The position numbers and the translations under genes are program-made. The notes beneath the pieces are model-generated. The model ran no database searches. It saw only the letters and a program-made list of their open reading frames with translations, and had not been told where the DNA came from. From contig OX597826.1 in NCBI GenBank assembly GCA_951406725.2, positions 55,180,001 through 55,244,000 of the forward strand: a stretch of 64,000 bases of DNA, in the 5' to 3' direction. The stretch's first letter is position 1. Each line of letters opens with the position of its first letter. Below, in pieces: positions 13,299 to 28,123 of the stretch. The stretch comes from Octopus vulgaris (taxonomy: Eukaryota).

Positions 13299-14288
13299 GA
13301 CGTCTCCAGTGCGAGCAGTGGCGTGCCTCAAGGTTCAGTGCTTGGGCCCTTATTGTTCTTAGTCTTCATAAATAACTTTCCCGACGACCTCACGCAACAC
13401 ACCCTTCTATTTGCCGATATTGTCAAACTGGTCGCTCCTCGTGGTGATATAGAGGATCTTCGTCGATGCCTCCACCAATTTGGAGTTGGTCTAACGAATG
13501 GGACCTGTGTCTGAACGTGTCAAAGTGCTGTCATCTGCCTGTTGGCTCTCCTCCTGCAACTCAACTTGATTTCGAGCCGGGTCGTCTGCTGCTGGAGAGG
13601 ACCGATCAGGTAAAAGACCTGGTGGATTCCTCCTTTTCGCCTTCGGCCCAGTGCGTCCATGCTGCCAACAAAGCACGCGGAATTCTGTTCTTGATTCGAC
13701 GGTCATTCGGAATACTCACAGCAGCCATATTCCTACCGCTCTATGTCACGCTGGTGAGACCCATATTGGAGTACGGGATTCAAGCCTCTTCTCCTTATCT
13801 CCTCAAAGACATACAGCATCTCAAAAGAGTCCAGAAGCTGGCTACCCGCATGGTTCATGGTCTCAAGAATTTGTCTTATGAAGAAAGGCTGAAGACACTC
13901 GACCTTTATTCTCTAGAAAAACGCCGCCGCCGTGGTGATCTCATTCTCGCTCACAACATCATAAGCGGAAAGTGTAACCTCTCGAAAGAGCTGTTCTTCA
14001 CTCCTGCTCCAGAGCGTCGGCTGCGGGGTCATTCCGAAAAGCTCTACCTGCGACGATTTCATCTCAATCGAAGGAGAGGAGCTTTCTCCGTCCGGGTTGC
14101 GGATCCGTGGAACAAGCTGCCAGACGAGATGGTGAAGATGCCGACGACCGCTTTGTTCAAAGTCTCCCTTGACCCCAAGTGGCCTGAACTCTTTACATGA
14201 ACACCACCCTGTACTTAACTCCATGTCCCCCTACATGGCCTGGCTTTTTGCTTTTGAGCCAAATAATTAACTAACTAACTAACTAACT
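13299..14288 (+). mobile_element. 5'-truncated CR1-group LINE (RT C-terminal part, frameshifted) with (TAAC)n tail
   Basis: GVPQGSVLGPLLFLVFIN and LFADIVKL (degraded FADD); ORF 13466-14200 with LYVTLVRPILEY, LKRVQKLATR, RGDLI, RLRGHSEKL, FSVRVADPWNKLP; 3' hairpin ccatgt/acatgg 14221-14238; (taac)n tail; candidate TSD AGATC at 13294-13298 and 14289-14293. Confidence 0.92.
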
Positions 14289-14396
14289 AGATCAGTTATC
14301 CTCTGGCTAAAAACACAATAGAAAAAGTGAACTAGTCGTAATGGCGACTCTACATAGGTTTTTGAAGTGCTAGACATAATAGTTAGGAGAAACTAC

Positions 14397-14470
<74 letters not shown>

Positions 14471-15198
14471 GGGAAACAGCAACAGCAATAGTAGTAGTAG
14501 CAGCAGCATTAATCATTGTTGCTGTTTTGTTATTTAACATGAAATCAGCCCTGGAGGAGGAAACTTATGATCAAAGACAATCTAGCCATCACCAGCGCCT
14601 CGTTTTCACAAGCAGAGATTACATTAACCGAAAGGGCTCTGTTTATTAAATCTGGAACTTCAGCAGCGCTTTCTAGCACACCTTTTTACCAGGTAGTTGT
14701 ACCTCTTTCTACACTCATATTCTCCCTCTTTCCCTCTCTCGATATATATATATATATATATACATACATGCATACATGCACACACATACACACACATATA
14801 CACACACATAACTATACAGTTTCTCCCTTTCTCTCATTCTCTCATTCTCTCATTCTTTCATTCTCTTATACTCTCATTCTCTGATTCTCTCATGTATTGG
14901 CTCCGTTAGAGCAGGATGACAAGCAGAAAATGGAAATAAAATACACATTATGGGTAGATGTTTGTGGTTAGTTGTGTGTGGGTATGGGTGCTTCGTTGGA
15001 TATTTGCTTCAAGCCTGGTAGAGGTGTGGGTGGCCTGTCGGATGGTTGGCTGAATTTGATGAACATTTAAACCATAGAAATAAAAATAAAACAATGAAAA
15101 CGAAAAAAGGAAAGGAGGAAAAATTTTGTAAAAGTATAAGAATGTAAAATCAACAGAGTGTATGTCTCAAATTTGTTTTCGATAATAAGATATATATG

Positions 15199-15259
<61 letters not shown>

Positions 15260-15274
15260 ATGTATGTATGTATG

Positions 15275-15308
<34 letters not shown>

Positions 15309-15309
15309 C

Positions 15310-15349
<40 letters not shown>

Positions 15350-15738
15350 ACCTAGCAATCTATTTATATACAGAGAGAGAGAGAAATAAAAAGAGAGAGA
15401 GGAAGAGAGAGACGAATATATCGATAAATTGATATAGGCCCATACACACATTTATACATACATATACACACACATATATAGATAGATGTATGTTTGCGCG
15501 GGTGCGAGCATGTGCGTGTATGTATGTATATATGTATGTATATATGTTTGCATGTACGTATGTTTGTGTGTATGCACACATGCAAATATGTCTGCATGAG
15601 TGTATATAAATAAAAACATGAATACATATATGTATATATATGATTTGCACGTATACATACGATTATATATACGTGTATGTGTGAGTATATGTATATATAC
15701 ATGAGCATATATACATGTATATATATAGCTATATAGAT

Positions 15739-16150
15739 ACAGGAGTGACGGTTTAGTAAATGGCTTGCTTATCGAAACCACATGGCTCCGGGTTCAGTCC
15801 CATTGCGTCGCACCTTGGACACTCTTCTACTATAGCCTCGGGTAGACCAAAATCCTTGTGAGTTGATTTGGTAGACGGAAACTGATAGAAGACCGTCGTA
15901 TATATATGTATATATACACATGTGTGTGTATATGTTTCTCTGTCTGTGTTTGTCCCGCCACCATCGATTAACTACCGATGTTGGCGTGTTTACGTCCTCG
16001 TAACCTAGCGGTTCGGCAAAAGAGAGCGATAGAATAAGTACTAGGCTCAAATCAATAAACCCTGGTGTTGATTTGTTCGACTAAAGGTGGTGCTCCAGCA
16101 TGGCCGCAGTCAAATGACTGAAACAAACAAGAGAATAAAAGAATAAAAGA
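15739..16150 (+). mobile_element. Full-length SINE family C
   Basis: Head aggagtgacggtttagtaa...gggttcagtcccattgcgtcgcacc, internal TA/TG tract, tail gcggttcggcaaaagagagcgatagaataagtactagg...gcatggccgcagtcaaatgactgaaac. Confidence 0.85.
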
Positions 16151-16154
16151 TGCC

Positions 16155-16308
<154 letters not shown>

Positions 16309-16327
16309 TACATATATATAGAGAGAT

Positions 16328-16398
16328 GGCCAGATAACCGAAGGGATAGTGTTGTGGATTTCCACTTCGGCATCCGAAACTCAGAGTTTTATCTTGGC
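16328..16398 (+). ncRNA. Degenerate type I hammerhead motif
   Basis: Stem I ccagataa/ttatcttgg; altered core CCGAAG; stem II ggat...atcc with internal gtgga/tccac hairpin; GAAA; stem III ACTC-A-GAGT. Confidence 0.45.
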
Positions 16399-16419
16399 TA
16401 TTGAATAATGGTCACATAT

Positions 16420-16526
<107 letters not shown>

Positions 16527-16537
16527 GGGAGAGAGAT

Positions 16538-16572
<35 letters not shown>

Positions 16573-16921
16573 AGTAGATATATAGATATGCTGTATCAGC
16601 TTTCTGTCTACCTATGAATATATCTACCTATCTATCCCTGAATGCATTTACCTCTCCATCCGTTCTCTGAGCTTGTCCGCATATAGGCCTCTGTCTATGC
16701 ATATATTACTCAATGTCTACATAACTGTCGACGTTGAATTAATAAATCAATCAATCAATTATTCAATATATGCTAATTTGTCTACTATTCTTCTTGGTCA
16801 ATACATCTCTATGTATCTCGCTCAAATCTACCTGGAACTCCCCTCATCTTCTCTTGTATTTCTACCCCACTCTCTCGCTATATACATGTAAGTATGTCTG
16901 TAAGTATGTCTGCATATGTCA

Positions 16922-16970
<49 letters not shown>

Positions 16971-17152
16971 TGTACATGTGTGTATGTACACAGACACTCA
17001 TATATGTATATGGATTAATTTTAAAAGGTGTACACGTTTTATGTATCCAGTTTCCTTTCTCTTGTTTTTATAGTGGTTCATAATCACGTGCGTGTGTCTG
17101 TGTTGGTATATGTAATCAAATTACATGAGTATCTATCTATCTATCTATCTAC

Positions 17153-17210
<58 letters not shown>

Positions 17211-17490
17211 GTTTATCTGTCTATCTATCCATCTATTTACTCTCTATATTATTCCCATTCCATATGTAAATATACCTATAAGGATATACATACCTAGAGA
17301 CACACACATATAATACACATATATATTTGTATATATATATAGCTATATATATGCATATATACATGTATGCGTAGATATGTATATATGTTCATATGTGTAT
17401 ATGTATGTACTATAGCCTTCTAATCTCTGTCTACCCAACCCTCCAAGTGAGTCTTCAACTATCTACATTTCTAACTCTCTATCAAAATCC

Positions 17491-17644
<154 letters not shown>

Positions 17645-17830
17645 CTCTATCCATCTATCTATCTTTGTTTCTATCCATCAAATTATCCATCCATTTATCT
17701 CTTCCGGTGTTTCAGGAGTCTACTGCCAGTTGAGGAGAAAAACCAATTTATGACCAGTGAACAGGAATAAATGGAAGACAGAAAATAAAAAGTTTACAAG
17801 TACACTCACACGCGCGCACACTCACACACT

Positions 17831-17865
<35 letters not shown>

Positions 17866-18069
17866 AAACACGCATGCAAAAATACATATATATATATACA
17901 CACACAAATGTATATACCTATACACACATTTATATATTTGCACACCTACCTATCTATATATATATATGCATGTATATATATATATACATACACACACGCG
18001 CACAAAGACGCACGCACACACAGACACACACACACACACACATATACACACACGCACATACAGACAGAG

Positions 18070-18109
<40 letters not shown>

Positions 18110-18559
18110 TTCCATTTATGTAAACACACACACTTTGATACAGATATAGATAAATAGATAGATAGTTACATACATACATACATACATACATGCATACATA
18201 CATACATATACACACACACACACATACATATATAATGTGTCTGTGTATTAGAAACTGGCCCGCACATCAAGGATTTATGTGGTAATGATTACTGTATTGC
18301 AGCGTTACCAACGACTATATTCTTAGCGAGATCGTTTGCAACATCAACAACACGCATTACGATAGCAACAAAGAGAAAACCACGGAAACGACATTAGCAA
18401 CAGCATCAACAGCATCAGCGCAAAGAATAAGAAAATGAAGAGCTGCAATGTCAGCATATATATGGCCAGAAGAACAAAGGCAAAACCAATGTTTATAGCA
18501 TCACAAGGAAAACAATAAAGGCAACCATAAACCTCATCAGAAGCAGCGTTAGCATTGCT

Positions 18560-19090
18560 AGCAACAACGACGACAAGAACATCGTCGTCAACAACAACGT
18601 CAGCAACAACAACAACGTCAGCAACGTCAACAACAACAATATCGACAACGTCAACAACAACAACAACAACGTCAAAAACAACAACAACGACAACGCTGCA
18701 ACGTCAACAACAACAATGATGACAACGTCAACAACGTCAACAACAACAACAACGACAACGCTGCAACGTCAACAACAACAATAACGACAACGTCAACAAC
18801 GTCAACAACGACAAAAGCAACGTCAACAACAACAACGTCAACGCTGCAACGTCAACAACAACGATAACGACAACGTCAACAACGTCAACAACAACAACAA
18901 CTGCAACGTCAACAACAACGACAACGCTGCAACGTCAACAACAACAATAATGACAACGTCAACAACGTCGACAACAACAACAACAACAACGTCAAAAACA
19001 ACAACAGCAACGTCATCAACAACAACAACAACAACAACGCTGCAACGTCAACAACAACTAACGACAGCAACGTTATCAACAACAACAACA
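18560..19090 (+). repeat. (CAA)n-derived complex minisatellite with higher-order units
   Basis: Repeated acaacgctgcaacgtcaacaacaacaat.a.gacaacgtcaacaacgtc motif. Confidence 0.85.
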
Positions 19091-20417
19091 GCTGTAGCAA
19101 ACCAAAAAATCCGCCATGTGGTTGCTCTGCTTGCTAGAAATAGTAGTTGGCTTGTCCCTTTCAACACTCTGCTCTTATATAATAATGACGGTTCAATAAA
19201 ATAGTTATGTATTTTATGTACATTGTAAGAATATAGGATGTTCACGGCTGGAATGTTTGAGATCGCTCGGGAGTTAAGCAAGAACAAGAACCGACCGCAG
19301 CGCCCTTGAAAGAAGTTAAAAACTCACACCGTTCCTTTTACAAGACATACACAGAAAGGTGAGCATGAACCAACGCACATACACTTTCATGTACACGAGC
19401 ACTGGCCCATACGCACTTATATACATCATCCACTCACACAAGCAAACTTTTACATGAAAACGCATACTTATATACACATGTGCATGCACAGAGGAATACA
19501 GCTGTACACATCTTGCACACGTGTATGGTTACATAGACTTGCAGAAACATCGTGCAGCAAAGACGATGCATTGACGTTTGTATGAGCTAGAAACACATTT
19601 AAAATTTGGTTATAATACGGATTACTTGAACGTTGCAAGAACACACTCCAGCAATGTATATCCAGCGAGAGAACAGATAGAATATACTGGATGTAACCAG
19701 ATATCTATAACATCTCACAACCACGCCAATAATTGTACGCTGCCATCTTCGCATTTTAAACACTTCCGTTGATGAGTTTCCTCCATGGAGACTCCTTAAC
19801 TTATCTCCAAAGCGAACATAGAAATTTATGCCTGTTCAGACCATGCTATCAGCTCTGGATGTTACTTCCTTATTGCTGTGTACCTTGGAGCATGATACGT
19901 TCTTCCTGTTCACCTCCACTTATAATCATTAGCATCTGATCCACCAGTTTAGCTCCTGACTTAGCTTTACATACATTCTTGCTTTGTCTTTTCTTGCCAT
20001 TCTTACTGTTATTTCGGAAAACAAACAAGTGGAGCGCAATATTGTCTGTCAATTCAATGGCATTAATGCACTGCTGTCTTTTTTTATGTAACTAGAACAA
20101 CATTTACAACCCGGTTATATATTCAAATAAATTCTACTCAGAATTATTTAAACGCTACTAGGACCAATAAAAATCATAAACTTGCTCGCCTTATTTTCCA
20201 CAACATGCTCCGAGATGCGCTTCCTTCAGCTAACTTGTCTCATGTTGTCGATTCACATTACTATCAGCTAATGCTACAGTTATTCTTCTTTAAGCCCTAC
20301 AATAACTTCAACACCGTATGGTAAAATACAATCTCACCAAAATGGCCTTCCCGCATATATATACATATACATATACATATATACATCCATCCATGCATAC
20401 GGACATACATACATACA

Positions 20418-20523
<106 letters not shown>

Positions 20524-20653
20524 CATATATATACATATACATATACATACATATACACATATATGCACATATATACACATATTTTGACAGCCAGCTTCCT
20601 GAAGATTTCATCTGAATGAAACAGTTCTAGTCCTGTAGAAGCTCCTTCTATAA

Positions 20654-20700
<47 letters not shown>

Positions 20701-20703
<3 letters not shown>

Positions 20704-20992
20704 GAGGAAAAATACAAGAAAAACCAAAGCAAAACAGGTATCTCAAGTCATTTAGAATATTTAATTAGGGTAACGGGAAATCTTCAGGTGATTCTGGGAT
20801 ATCTCGAGTGATAGTCTAGCATGTCCGTACACTAGGTATTCCGTTATCAGAGACAAGGTGTTCGGACATGCCAGCCTATCACTTGAGATGTCCCAGAAAC
20901 ACCTGTAAGGCTTCACCTTACCCTAATTACATATTGTAAATGACTTGAGATACCAGTCTTGCATTGATTTCTGTTGTCCTTTTTTCTTTAAT
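20701..20992. mobile_element. Foldback/MITE-like element with long imperfect inverted arms, in TA-rich context
   Basis: Left arm ggtatctcaagtcatttagaatatttaattagggtaa...gcatgtccg (20737-20827) pairs with right arm cggacatgc...ttaccctaattacatattgtaaatgacttgagatacc (20863-20954); weaker pairing extends outward. Confidence 0.8.
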
Positions 20993-21149
20993 ATAATATA
21001 TACCTGCTAACTCGGAAGCCTAATATGGGTCCCTAGGTCCAGCCTCAACCGTGAACTTGGAACCTAACAGATGACCAATTATAGCACTTATTCAGCGTAT
21101 CTAATTTTTAGATCACCAGTAAATTAAAGCCTTCATATTCTACACACAC

Positions 21150-21212
<63 letters not shown>

Positions 21213-21227
21213 GACACACACACACAT

Positions 21228-21610
21228 TCTTTTCTACTCTAGGCACAAGGCCCGAAATTTTGGGGGAGGGCCCAGTCAATTACATCGACCCCAGTGCGTA
21301 ACTGGTACTTAATTTATCGACCCCGAAAGGATGAAAAGGAAAGTTGACCTCGGCGGAATCTGAACTCAGAATGTAAAGACAAACGAAATACCTATTTCTT
21401 TACTGCCCACAAGGGGCTAAACGCAGAGAGAATAAACAAGGATAGACAAACGGATTAAGTCGATTATATCGACCCCAGTACGTATCTGGTACTTATTTAA
21501 TCGACCCTGGAATGATGAAAGGCAAAGTCAACCTAGGAGGAATTTGAACTCAGAACGTAGCGGCAGACGACATAAGGCTAAGCATTTTGCCCGACTCCGC
21601 CTGCTCGCCG
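21228..21610 (-). mobile_element. Dimeric SINE family B
   Basis: Two core repeats in tandem joined at aaagaaatag|gtatttcgt (minus strand), each followed by a different tail. Confidence 0.8.
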
Positions 21611-22470
21611 ACTTTGTATCCATAATATATTGTATCTAGTATCAGATCACCTAATATACATGTAGTTTATATTTTTAAACAAGTTTGTAGACTTGTGCTT
21701 GGTGTGAGGAATCGTCTGCCTGCTATTTCTTTCAGAGGAAGAAACCACTGCAACAGTTTGCACATTATCTCATCCATATTGGTGTTTATCATTGTTTCTG
21801 CTTGTCTAGTGCACTGTTGCTGCAATTTTTACAGCCTGTGCAATAGCTGTTGTTGCTGCCGTTGGTTTTATTGCAGCTGGTTGTGAAGAAGATTCTAACA
21901 AGCAGAGGGATGCAATATCAAATCTGATTTTATGACTTTACACTGCAATTTCTCCCGAAAATTTTACTTACGTTAATATGTTGTTTTCTAAGATTGAGGC
22001 AAATAGCGCTTACTCAGGCAGAATAATACAAGCACACAGTATGTGTGTTCGTACATATGTATGCGTTCGTGTATTCGTGTATGTACGCACATATATGTGT
22101 ATGTATGATGCTATGTATGTATGTACGTATGTATTTATGACTGTATGTATGTATGTATGTATGTATGTATGTATGTATGTATGTATGTATGTATGTATGA
22201 ATTATGTATGCATGTATGTAGGGAGGTAGATAGGTTTATAGGCTTGTAGGTAGGTAGGTAGGTAGGTAGGTAGGTAGGTAGGTAGGTAAGTAGTGTAGGT
22301 AGGTGGGTAGGTAGATGAGTAGGTAGGCAGGTAGGTAAGTATATACGTTATGCATTATGTTGATGCTTCCATCTGCAAATTTCAATCTATCTATCTATTT
22401 GCATATCAATCTATTTATCTATCTATCCAAATCTCTCTCTCTATCTATCTATCTCTATCTATCTATCTAC

Positions 22471-22524
<54 letters not shown>

Positions 22525-22587
22525 GTATATCTAGCTATCTATTTGCATATCTCTTTCTCTCTCTCTCTCACTCTAACTCTTTCTCTG

Positions 22588-22648
<61 letters not shown>

Positions 22649-22856
22649 ATATCTATCTATCTATCTATCTACATATCTACTTTTATATCTTTCAATCTTC
22701 TGTCCTTCCTCACACAGTCTCTCTGTCTCACTCTCTGTCTCTCTCTCTCTCTCTTTCTCTCTCGCTTCACAAACATACACATATGTACATGTAAGTAAGT
22801 AGAAATATGTGTAAGTGAATGTCCGTGTGTATGTATGTATGTATTTATGGATGTGT

Positions 22857-22898
<42 letters not shown>

Positions 22899-23060
22899 GT
22901 ATACAAAGGCACACACAGAATATGTACACATACATGCAAAAGATGCATGCATTCCTAAACACACACACGTTTATGCACACAAACATACATACCTACAGGA
23001 ATAGACATATACATCCACACGGAGATACGCACATACACACACACAAACACGAACACATAA

Positions 23061-23091
<31 letters not shown>

Positions 23092-23645
23092 TGCATACAA
23101 AAGCCCATATACACACATCCATACCCACATACGTACAGACATACACATTCCGTGGCCCAGGTGCAGATAATGTCAAGTTCAAAACGTGAAACAAATAAAA
23201 AGAATATGAATCAACTCATTTCACAGTCGAATTATTTTTTCCGCAATCTCGTCTGCCATTATGGTTGTTGCTGTTGTTGTTGTTTTTCGTATTGTTGTCG
23301 TTGTTGTTGTTGCAGTTGTTTCTTTTGTACTTGCTGTAGTTTGTGGCATTGGTGATGGTAACGGTGGTGGTGGTGGTGTTGGTGGTGGTGGTGTTACTGC
23401 CGTTTCTTGGATCCTCTGAGGTGGTCTTTCTTCTTATTTTTTCTTGTTGTTGTTCTAGTTGATAATGTTCTTGCTGTTGTAATTGCTGTTGTTCTTGTAA
23501 CTGTTAATGTTGTTGTTGATCGTGTACCTGTTGTACTTGTCATTTCTGTTGCTTTTGCTGTTACTTTTAGTTTGCTGTGAGTAAAAGAAATTAGTAGTAG
23601 TAGTAGTAGTAGTAGTAGCAGCAGCAGTATTATTATTATTATTAT

Positions 23646-23677
<32 letters not shown>

Positions 23678-23939
23678 CAAAAAGAAGCTGAAGCATATGA
23701 AGGAAAGCATGAATGAAAAGAACTTGCAGTAGTGGTAGTGGTGGTGGTGGATGTGGTTGTGGTGGCGGTGGCGGTGGTAGTGGTGGTGGTGGTGGTAGTG
23801 TTGTGGGTGTTGGTGGTATTCATGGTAGTGGTGGTGGTGGTGGTGGTAGTATTGTAGTAGTATCAACAGCTGCAATAGTATTAGCATCATCATCACATCA
23901 TCATCATTCTCCTTCTACTGTATTTGTTGTTGTTGTTGC

Positions 23940-24038
<99 letters not shown>

Positions 24039-24953
24039 AAGAGAGAAGGGGAAGAAGGGAGAAAAAGGGAAAGAAGAGAGAAGAGGAAAAAGGAGAGAGA
24101 AGGGGAAGGAGAGAGAAGGGGAAGAAGGAGAGAGAAGAGGAAGAAGGAGAGAGAAGAGGAAGAAGGAGAGGGAAGAGGAAGCGGTAGAGAGAAAAGAAAG
24201 AAGGAGAGAGAAGAAGATAAAGGAGAAAGAAGAGCAAGGTGAAGAGAGAAGAAAAGGAAGAAAAAACGAATGAAATCAAAGAGATAAAAAAATGAAACAA
24301 TTTGAAGAAGGAAGGAAATAATCTTTGACAAAGATGAACTATTGATCAGGAAAGAAGTGAGAGGGTGTGGAGGTGGGTGGTGGTAAGATTATGTGTCATA
24401 AATCCCCTTGAGACATGGTAGGGGTAGGGGTGTGCATTAGTAATGAATGTACCGTGATATGGCCACCAGGGTGAATCCCACCAAGCCCACCATACCTACT
24501 TCACTACTTAGAAAATGCCAGAGTTTGCGAATATGTCTCTAGTTGGCTACCAGATTCGTTAGAAATAGCAGTCAGATCTCTCTCCAAATGCAGTCATGCA
24601 CACAGCTTGATGTATTCAAAAGAGAGCAACTCATTGTTGAGACTGTAGTTATAGCTATATAGTTCGATGAGAATGTCATGGTTGGAACCATTTGATCATA
24701 TGTGTACTCGGTCATAGATAAATATCAACAACAACAACCGACTAGCAAATGCCCGAGTCAAATACGCTACACTGCTATATTGTACTACACCACACTACTG
24801 TAAGTAATAGTACACTATTGTACATTATACTATATTTGTCTTCACGTTACCATAATGCTCTACGATATATTACATTAAATTTCATTACACAACACAACAA
24901 TATACTACGCTACATTCCACTCCTGTATACTTCATCGAGCCACCGATGGAGTA

Positions 24954-25171
24954 TGCGAGGGGGGCAGAAAAGTTCCTGGCTTTAATAGTATTGTGAAAGG
25001 CCTGTTTGGAGGCCCAACATTCCGTGTTCTTTTACATGGCTTAAAAACCCTAAAGGACCGCTGCAATAACTGTGTATCTGAGAGGGGAACATGTTGAATA
25101 AAATCATAATTAACTGATCTTCCTGTATTTTCTTTTACCCAAATCTAGGAAGTTTTCAATATCCCCTTGTA
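24954..25171 (+). mobile_element. Internally deleted mariner (MITE)
   Basis: Imperfect TIRs cgaggggggcagaaaagttcctggcttt / aaatctaggaagttttcaatatccccttg-TA; retains a mariner C-terminal remnant (..RCNNCV.LRGEHVE*). Confidence 0.75.
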
Positions 25172-25629
25172 TATCTGATTGCCCTGGTTTCTCGAAATAG
25201 TAACAAATTTTCGCTCCAGTTATGCCCTAGAGCCTTTACGATGTACAGCTAATTCAATGTATTGTAGATACACTTAAATCTCAATAAGAGTCGAAGAACC
25301 CACAATTAGAACTCATTTGATTCGAGGTCGGATAAAATCAGAATTGACATATTGTTGACTAACAATAACACAATAACAACTGTAGCGTACCTACATTATA
25401 GTAGGTTGCCTGGCACTATAAATATTCGTATAACAATACCAAAAGACATCTAAGTACACATTTGCCGTCATTGGCAGAAACATTAGTGTCTCTTATCGAA
25501 TCCGAAGTTAACTTCAACATTAAATATGGGTTCCATAAAATAAAGTAACGTTCTAGTGCTGGGGTCAGTGTAATGGAATAAATCTTGCCTCAAAAGTGAT
25601 CCCTAAATTTGAAACCCTTATTCTTGAGG

Positions 25630-26290
25630 GAGTTGGATTAGCAGATTCGTTAAGAAGTGGGACAAAAGGTAATTTTCCTAGTTAGCTACTAAAGTCAATT
25701 TTGAGATATTTTCCCCTTCTCCGTTTATTCTGAGTTCAAATCCGCCTGAGGTGGACTCTGCCTCTCATCTTAGTTTATTAGTTTATCGGGCCCAAAAGAA
25801 CGAAAAGTAACATCAAATTCAACGGAATTTGAACTCAGAACGTAAAGTTTGATGAAATGCCACTTTTTTACCGACTTGATAACCATTTTGCCGGCTCACC
25901 CCACTTAATAATCCCTTCTACTCAAGGCGCAAGACCTGAAATTTTTGGGAAGGGGACTAGTCGATTACATCACTGGTGCTTAATTTATGGATACCGAGGT
26001 GATGATAGGCAAAGTCGACCTCGGCGGAATTTGAACTCATTTCTGCAGGCTCGCCGCCTTCACCCCACTTAATAATCCTCTCTATTATAGGCACAAGGCC
26101 TGAAGTTTTAGAGGAGGAGATTAGTCAATTACATCATCACCAGATTTTCACTGGTACTTAATTTATCGACCCCGAAAGGACGAAAGACATGTCGACGTCG
26201 ATGGGATTTGAAATCAGAACGTAGCGATGAGCGAAATACCGCTGAGCATTTCGCCCAACGTGCTAACGACTCTGCCAGCTCACCGTCTTC
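25630..26290. mobile_element. Cluster of SINE family B fragments (one plus, several minus)
   Basis: Repeated ttctgagttcaaat / atttgaactcag and tcgaccccgaaagg cores. Confidence 0.7.
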
Positions 26291-26412
26291 ACGCCACATA
26301 ATAATGAAAATAATAAAACTTCAGATTGTACATAGGCATATATTATCTTACCATTCTTTCATAAGCAAAATATACATAAATATATATATATATCAACAAA
26401 CATACATTTACA

Positions 26413-26485
<73 letters not shown>

Positions 26486-26994
26486 TTATTTATGTATGTA
26501 TGTAATGTATTTACTTATGTATGTATGTATGTATGTATGTAAATTCATGCTAAAAAATACAACAGAACTCGAAACGAGTGTTGCCACACCCAGGCGTTCG
26601 TATTGTAATTTCAGTGAAAAGAGATGTAAATATGAAGGAGCTGACTGATCTGTGAGTTGACTACAGACCAACAACATAACACCCCATACACCCATCTTTC
26701 AAAACCAGAAACGGAGATCCGAACGGCTACACAATGCCAGAATCCTTTAAAAAAACAAAAACAAAAACAAAAACACAGTAAAAGAATATCACCAACCCAC
26801 CAACGGCTGAATTGAACTAGCGAATATTCATAAAGGACTATGCTTGTTTTCATAGATAAAAATTTTACAAACACACCTGATATATTTAAATCAACGTTTT
26901 AATATACAATTCAAATCAATGCTAACGTATACGAATAATATAACGAGAAACATTATACGATATATATTTGTATGTATATATACTTATAAATATC

Positions 26995-27084
<90 letters not shown>

Positions 27085-27312
27085 CATTTATATATATATG
27101 GGTGTAGCAGTATGTGTATATACACGTTAGAATTGCATATATGGATACATTACCTATATTATATATATTTGGATGTATGTTTATGAATAAGTATATGTAT
27201 ATCTATCTATCTATTTCTTTTTCATTTTCGAAAAGAAAATCTCTACATTTGTATTTGTCCCCTCTGTGTTCAGCCCCGTGTGGCCAATAAGGAAAGTTAT
27301 ATATATACATAT

Positions 27313-27404
<92 letters not shown>

Positions 27405-27750
27405 TTACATATACATAAATTGGATACTTTACCCAAAAATTTAAAAGACAAATATCAAAAAAGAAAAAAAAATGAAAGGGACCTTATGCAAATGTTTGCA
27501 AAAGGCAACACCACAATAGAACAAACAAGTAAACAAAAGCAGATAAATAAAATAATATACAAAATAACAAACAATATAACGGTAACTCGGTAAACATACA
27601 AATATTTCTTCTTTGAATGGGTTTCGCTTACATACATGCTGAATAAATAATCATACATAAGAAGCATACGTTAGGACAACAATGTTAAAACTTGCAGCTT
27701 ATATAAACTATTTATGCGTGTATGTATGTACGTATGTATGTATATATGTA

Positions 27751-27814
<64 letters not shown>

Positions 27815-28084
27815 GGTGTGGGTGGGTGGGTGGGTGTGTATGTATATATGTATATGCATATATATATATGTATATATGTATATGTATATATATACACATA
27901 CACATATATATACATATATATACATATATATAGACATATATATATACATGTATATATATATATATGTGTGTGTGTATACAACATATAAAACACACACTCA
28001 TACACACACACACATATGTGTATATATACGTGCAATGTTGTCATGTGTTTACAGGACACTTTGTGCAATTTCATGCATATATGT

Positions 28085-28123
<39 letters not shown>

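Noticed and set aside
19760-20300. Possible degraded transposase fragment on the minus strand
   Set aside because: No diagnostic motif is recognisable with confidence.
20595-20645. CTGAAGA..ttca/tgaa..GAAAC possible hammerhead
   Set aside because: Stem I and III spacing is inconsistent with the fold.
23713-24273. 186-aa Gly/Ser/Glu/Lys/Arg-rich ORF
   Set aside because: It is a concatenation of GGT, ATT, AGT and purine-rich simple repeats.
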